Below, one piece after another: positions 59,704-64,000 of a stretch of 64,000 nucleotides of DNA (position 1 is its first letter; each line of letters starts with the position of its first letter). Origin of the DNA: Bacillota bacterium (GTDB taxonomy: Bacteria > Bacillota > Ch66 > Ch109); the NCBI GenBank assembly GCA_050952625.1, contig JBMNLH010000001.1, forward strand, positions 81,056 to 145,055, read 5' to 3'. The notes under the pieces were generated by a model. It made no database searches, was not told the DNA's origin, and saw only the letters and a program-made list of their open reading frames with translations. Both the position numbers and the translations under genes were made by a program.

Positions 59704-60634
59704 CCTGATGTCCCGCGAAGAAAAGATTGCCCTACTGGCCCAGTTAAAAGCAATTACTGGGTTTAATCTAATCAAGCAAGGGTCCAGCGAGTTCGTGTTG
59801 AAAGCAAAAAACGGACTGTTTTGGGCCGGAAAAAAATTGGCCGATCTGACCGGTCAAGTTGAAGCGGTTGAAAAACTGGAAAAATGGAATAGCCAAAGCA
59901 ATTGGAACCCAAATTTGCTCCAGAAGGAGATGGCCTGTCAGCAGAAAGAACTGGAATTATTAAGTGATCGGGGAGTCGAGGTCCGCCTCCGGCAAGAATT
60001 AGCCCGGTTGGCCGGAGTTGCTCCGGAGGCTGATCTAGAAACGATTGCCCAACATTTGGTGAAGCGTCTGGCTGAGCTGTATCAGTTGGACGAATGGCAC
60101 TTTCAAAATGATACGGCCCTGGAGGAAAAAGTCTATTCTGCCTGCCTGGAAGAACAAATAAATATTTTGAAACAGAAACTCAATTCGCTGGATCGGGAAG
60201 AAGAAATTCAGATGCAAGAAGCCCTTGAACAACAAATCAACCAATTGAGCCGGGCGGAACAGGAGGCGATAAAGCAGGCCATGGGATTGGATGAGCTTTC
60301 CGCGGCGTCAATGATGACTCTGTTGAAAACCACTTCGGGAGTGGCCTTAGCTCAAGTCATTTTATCCGGGACCGGGTTTGGCGTCTATCTTTTTCTAACG
60401 ACCATGATCAAAGCCCTATCGTTAATGTTGGGAGTTACTTTTTCTTTTGGCACTTATACGGCAGCCACGACCGCGATGGCCTTTTTATTGTCTTTTCCTT
60501 TTCTTCTCCTGGTGGTTGCCTTATCCGGCGGCTTTATCTGGCATAAAACGTCAGTTAAAATAGATGAGCAATTGACGAAAATCGTCTTTCTGGCGGGTCG
60601 GGCAAAAGTGGCTTATATTGAGACGGCAGGTTAA
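59663..60634 (+). CDS. Hypothetical protein with a ~230 aa predicted coiled-coil cytoplasmic domain plus two C-terminal TM helices
   Basis: The N-terminal region is rich in heptad-like E/Q/L/K stretches. The C-terminus reads VALAQVILSGTGFGVYLFLTTMIKALSLMLGVTF...AFLLSFPFLLLVVALSGGFIW. The start is ambiguous: TTG 59663, or ATG 59675 or 59708. Confidence 0.45.
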   Translation: MKGGMSVQFLIGIDLMSREEKIALLAQLKAITGFNLIKQGSSEFVLKAKNGLFWAGKKLADLTGQVEAVEKLEKWNSQSNWNPNLLQKEMACQQKELELLSDRGVEVRLRQELARLAGVAPEADLETIAQHLVKRLAELYQLDEWHFQNDTALEEKVYSACLEEQINILKQKLNSLDREEEIQMQEALEQQINQLSRAEQEAIKQAMGLDELSAASMMTLLKTTSGVALAQVILSGTGFGVYLFLTTMIKALSLMLGVTFSFGTYTAATTAMAFLLSFPFLLLVVALSGGFIWHKTSVKIDEQLTKIVFLAGRAKVAYIETAG

Positions 60635-60639
60635 TCATA

Positions 60640-61035
60640 TCTGGCGAATTAATATGTTTGAAGGTATTTAGGGATTAGGCTATAATTTTATTGTAAATTA
60701 TTTAATGCTCTAAAATTGAGACTGCAAGTATATCAAGAACATTTATATTATAGGATATTATACATATTATATATAGAGTAATAGTTGAGGTGTTTTGTAT
60801 AAGTGTGACTTGCATTTAAATCTACCGCTAACCTGTTTGGACTGTCAAAAACGCGGGAGGTTAGCGATATTGAGAAATAATGAGTATTTGGAAGAAAAAA
60901 GGGGGTATAAGCAGTTATTTTTGTTTTGAATAAAATGGTAATAGGTGTTTTTAAGTTTGATTTATGATGGTTTTTTGGAGGTTAGCGGAACGCTACCTCG
61001 CAGCCCAGAATTATCAAGGCCTCTGGACAGCCGCT
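60640..61035 (+). promoter_or_regulatory. CRISPR array 2 leader (AT-rich), homologous to the array 1 leader including the hairpin at 60825-60867
   Basis: cgctaacctgtttgg...gggaggttagcg, and ggaggttagcggaacgctacctcgcagcccagaattatcaaggcctctggacagccgct immediately before the first repeat. Confidence 0.6.
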
Positions 61036-62446
61036 GTGAGAATCATTGACCCGATTAGAGGGGATTGCGACCTGATGTACCAATCGACAGTCGTTCATGC
61101 GCATGTGAGAATCATTGACCCGATTAGAGGGGATTGCGACCTTAATACACAGGTGATTCAGTCCGCAATGTCATGTGAGAATCATTGACCCGATTAGAGG
61201 GGATTGCGACCATTTATGAGCGCCTTCAGGATCACTAATCTTCCTCAATGTGTGAGAATCATTGACCCGATTAGAGGGGATTGCGACCTTTAATAATCCT
61301 TATTTACTCACTATTTACTGTTTCAGTGAGAATCATTGACCCGATTAGAGGGGATTGCGACTTTCCTGACAGCAAGTACTCCCAATACATTATCAGTCGT
61401 GAGAATCATTGACCCGATTAGAGGGGATTGCGACTAATCCGCCTGTAAGGCCCTAAGTTATTCCCACGTGAGAATCATTGACCCGATTAGAGGGGATTGC
61501 GACTCTTCGATTCTTGTCCCTGCTTAATCCTTGTTGTACAGTGAGAATCATTGACCCGATTAGAGGGGATTGCGACATCTTATCCACCGCTTCGCATCGA
61601 GCATTCTACTGCGTGAGAATCATTGACCCGATTAGAGGGGATTGCGACACATTCTGTCACTGAGCAACCGAGTCCATTAATTACGTGAGAATCATTGACC
61701 CGATTAGAGGGGATTGCGACCTTTACTTTGATCTGACTCGCTCCGGCACTATCTTCGTGAGAATCATTGACCCGATTAGAGGGGATTGCGACCTGTCATC
61801 CAGCTCCGGCAATCGTACACTGAGTGAGAATCATTGACCCGATTAGAGGGGATTGCGACAAAACACGTCTTCCTCGTGATCTCAATCAGTGAGAATCATT
61901 GACCCGATTAGAGGGGATTGCGACTTAAGACATCTGTCTATAGATATACATTGCCTTATGTGAGAATCATTGACCCGATTAGAGGGGATTGCGACTTTCA
62001 GCTTTTGTTCAAGGTTTTGGATTGTATCTTTTAAGTGAGAATCATTGACCCGATTAGAGGGGATTGCGACCTTGGATAATAAAGGAGCCGTAATCCGTAA
62101 CTACTGTAAGTGAGAATCATTGACCCGATTAGAGGGGATTGCGACTTCCAGGCCCCGAGAGGGGCTATTTTTTGCGCGCTTTGTGAGAATCATTGACCCG
62201 ATTAGAGGGGATTGCGACTTCAGTAGTTTGTTTCCACGCTCCCTCATACCATTTTTGTAAGAATTATTGACCCGATCAGAGGGGATTGCGACGTCATTTG
62301 TTCGGTCTACCCCTTTCTATTTCATCCTCTAAGTGAGAATGATTGACCCGACCAGAGGGGATTGCGACTATCCTGTGCCGCCGATGATAGCAGCTTCTAC
62401 AGGCTTCTCCGTGAGAATTATTGACCCGACCAGAGGGGATTGCGAC
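61036..62446 (+). CRISPR. CRISPR array 2: 20 repeats of 36 bp; 19 spacers of 29-42 bp
   Basis: Repeats 1-17 read gtgagaatcattgacccgattagaggggattgcgac. The last three are variants (gtaagaattattgacccgatcag…, gtgagaatgattgacccgaccag…, gtgagaattattgacccgaccag…). Repeat starts include 61036, 61105, 61175 … 62411. Confidence 0.95.
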
Positions 62447-62721
62447 TAGGGAAGCTGAAAAGAAGGGGACAGGATGATGGCCAAAACGGAATGCTTCGGG
62501 AATCATTTGACGCTACAGCTGCCGCTTATGTCCAAGCTTTACCAATAGAGTTTGGTATTGAAGCGACATATCTGGTCATATCTTCCTGATCATGTTACAA
62601 TATTCATATGTTACAATATTTTTATAGTCGAATTGTAATATTTTTAAATGTTGTAAGATGCAGTGTATTATTTAGCGTATTACCCGGGTTAATTTCTAAT
62701 CGAATTTCCAATCGGTCGGGA

Positions 62722-62755
62722 ATCAAGCGGAGCCCCAACAAGGTCCGCTTTTTTA
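62722..62755 (+). terminator. Putative rho-independent terminator downstream of array 2
   Basis: agcggagccccaacaaggtccgcttttttagcc is a GC stem followed by a T6 run. Confidence 0.4.
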
Positions 62756-62833
62756 GCCGAGCCACATCATAGTTAAAGGGGGGAAGAATAAATAGGAGTA
62801 AATAACCGGCTGCAGAAAGGGAGGTTGTTTTTG

Positions 62834-64000
62834 GTGAGGAAACTCAGATTAGGTCTTGTATTAGCGTTGGTCATTAGTCTAGTATGTTGTCTCCCGGCAT
62901 TGGCCGATGAGGGAATGAATCTGAAAATTAATGAACGGGATATTTTTGTACCAAATGCCTATGTAGACAATGGAACCACCATGATTCCGCTTGATATTCT
63001 TTCTAAGATTGCCGGCACCAGTGATCAATGGATTGACGACAATAAGGTTGCCATAACCGGCAATAACAAAACAATTACATTGACTATTGGGAGTACACAA
63101 GCAGTTAGTGGAGATGAGACTCTAACTATTACCCAGGCTCCGGTCAAGACGGACACTGATGTCTTTGTTCCCTTGCGTTTCTTAGCTAGTGAATTCGGTT
63201 TTACTGTCAACTGGGATCAAGAGAATCAAAAGGCCTTGCTAGACCGCGTGCAAACCCGCGATGGCATGACTGCGATGGAGTTATTGATCAAGTCCAATCA
63301 AGCGAGTCAAGCTGTTAACACCTTTGCCATGGACGGGACAATGCAAATTAGTCTCAAGGCAGTAGCAGATGGAGAATCAATGCTAGATCCATCGATGAAT
63401 ATGACAACTTACTTAGAGGGTTCGGTACAAAATGAGCCGCTGCAGGCTTACATTAAACAAAAAGTGGCTATTAGCGGCCAGCAACCAATTGAAGATATGG
63501 AAGATATGGTCGTGGAAACCTATATGACCGAGGATAAGATGTACATGAAAGCCCCCGGACAGGGATGGATGGCAATGGATCTGCCTTTCCCCAGCGACTA
63601 TATTAAAGAACAGCAGGAGCTTCAATCTAATCCGCTAATAGCAGCAGAACAGATGCAAGAGATGGGGCTGGTCTTTAGTTTTGGCGATGACGTAAGTATT
63701 GATGGAAAAGATTATTATGTGGTCAACACCATAATTGATCAGGAAAAGTTTCAGGATGTCTATCAGCAAACCTTAACAGAAGTTCTGGGCACGATGGAAC
63801 CGGAATCAGTTGAAGATGCGGCCGTTTTTGAGCAAATGAATAAGATATTTGACGGGGCGGATATCAATTATTTCTACACAGTTTATATTGATAAAACAAA
63901 CCTTATCAGTAGTATAGTTGATTTTGATTGCCAACTAAACCTGAACATCAACCCAAAGGAATTTGCAACGGATGAGGAAGCAGCCAGTGAGGATATTCCA
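62834..64000 (+). CDS. Secreted copper-amine-oxidase N-terminal-domain (stalk-like) protein; partial, running off the window end
   Basis: A GTG/TTG start after an AGGGAGG RBS, a signal peptide (LGLVLALVISLVCCLPALA), and the cell-wall-binding repeat signature DVFVPLRFLASEFGFTVNWD. I checked the frame codon by codon and it stays open to base 64000. It is absent from the ORF track because no stop falls inside the window. Confidence 0.6.
   Translation, partial: MRKLRLGLVLALVISLVCCLPALADEGMNLKINERDIFVPNAYVDNGTTMIPLDILSKIAGTSDQWIDDNKVAITGNNKTITLTIGSTQAVSGDETLTITQAPVKTDTDVFVPLRFLASEFGFTVNWDQENQKALLDRVQTRDGMTAMELLIKSNQASQAVNTFAMDGTMQISLKAVADGESMLDPSMNMTTYLEGSVQNEPLQAYIKQKVAISGQQPIEDMEDMVVETYMTEDKMYMKAPGQGWMAMDLPFPSDYIKEQQELQSNPLIAAEQMQEMGLVFSFGDDVSIDGKDYYVVNTIIDQEKFQDVYQQTLTEVLGTMEPESVEDAAVFEQMNKIFDGADINYFYTVYIDKTNLISSIVDFDCQLNLNINPKEFATDEEAASEDIP

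Noticed and set aside
33808-62446. Looked for cas1, cas2, csm6 and ring-nuclease (crn) genes in and around the type III island
   Set aside because: No ORF in the window shows Cas1/Cas2 or Csm6-specific motifs. The absence is reported as an observation rather than as a feature.
60964-62506. ORFs 60964..61188, 61478..61663 and 62294..62506 inside or abutting CRISPR array 2
   Set aside because: Same repeat-translation artefact: VRIIDPIRGDCD and VAIPSGRVNHSH motifs.

Overview
This 64 kb window looks like a low-to-moderate-GC anaerobic Firmicute (Clostridia-like) chromosome. The anaerobe call is inferred from gene content: NfnAB, an FdhD/MobB pair, a RACo-like corrinoid activator with an MtaA-like methyltransferase, YlbF, DUF1015 and a PHP histidinol phosphatase.

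The first ~36 kb is mostly housekeeping and accessory metabolism. It contains:
- a MATE efflux pump;
- a frameshifted MFS transporter;
- RNase P RNA on the minus strand, which is missing from the ORF track;
- a minimal SUF-like Fe-S/sulfur module (class-V cysteine desulfurase, DUF3343, SufC-like, SufBD-like);
- a LysR regulator, YajC, an NMO/FabK-like oxidoreductase and a MoxR/VWA pair;
- a disrupted DUF763 gene.

From about 33.8 kb to 62.5 kb the window is one compound type III CRISPR-Cas island, all on the + strand. In order:
- two tandem WYL-domain regulators, then a small Zn-ribbon ORF;
- a III-A Csm module (cas10 with HD and GGDD, csm2 to csm5, cas6);
- CRISPR array 1 (25 repeats of 36 bp plus one degenerate repeat);
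- an orphan HNH-motif protein;
- two Csx1-family CARF-HEPN paralogs (DxTH motif, Rx4H);
- a III-B Cmr module (cmr1, a minimal HD-less cmr2 of 581 aa, cmr3 to cmr6, and a second cas6);
- three uncharacterised genes, two of which encode membrane proteins;
- CRISPR array 2 (20 repeats).

No cas1 or cas2 is present in the window.

The candidates worth a second look are listed below.
- An HNH-motif protein sits between array 1 and the csx1 genes.
- A coiled-coil protein with two C-terminal TM helices, plus an adjacent membrane protein, lies between cmr-cas6 and array 2.
- One Csx1 carries an extra C-terminal CARF-like domain.
- An ATGTCGAA-containing cis motif recurs upstream of the cas operons.
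- The two array leaders are homologous and share a conserved hairpin.
- A ~100 bp intergenic repeat family is present in four copies.
- Three genes are broken by frameshifts, at least two of them at G homopolymer runs.

The III-A cas6 is one of those three; adding a single G restores a textbook Cas6 N-terminus.
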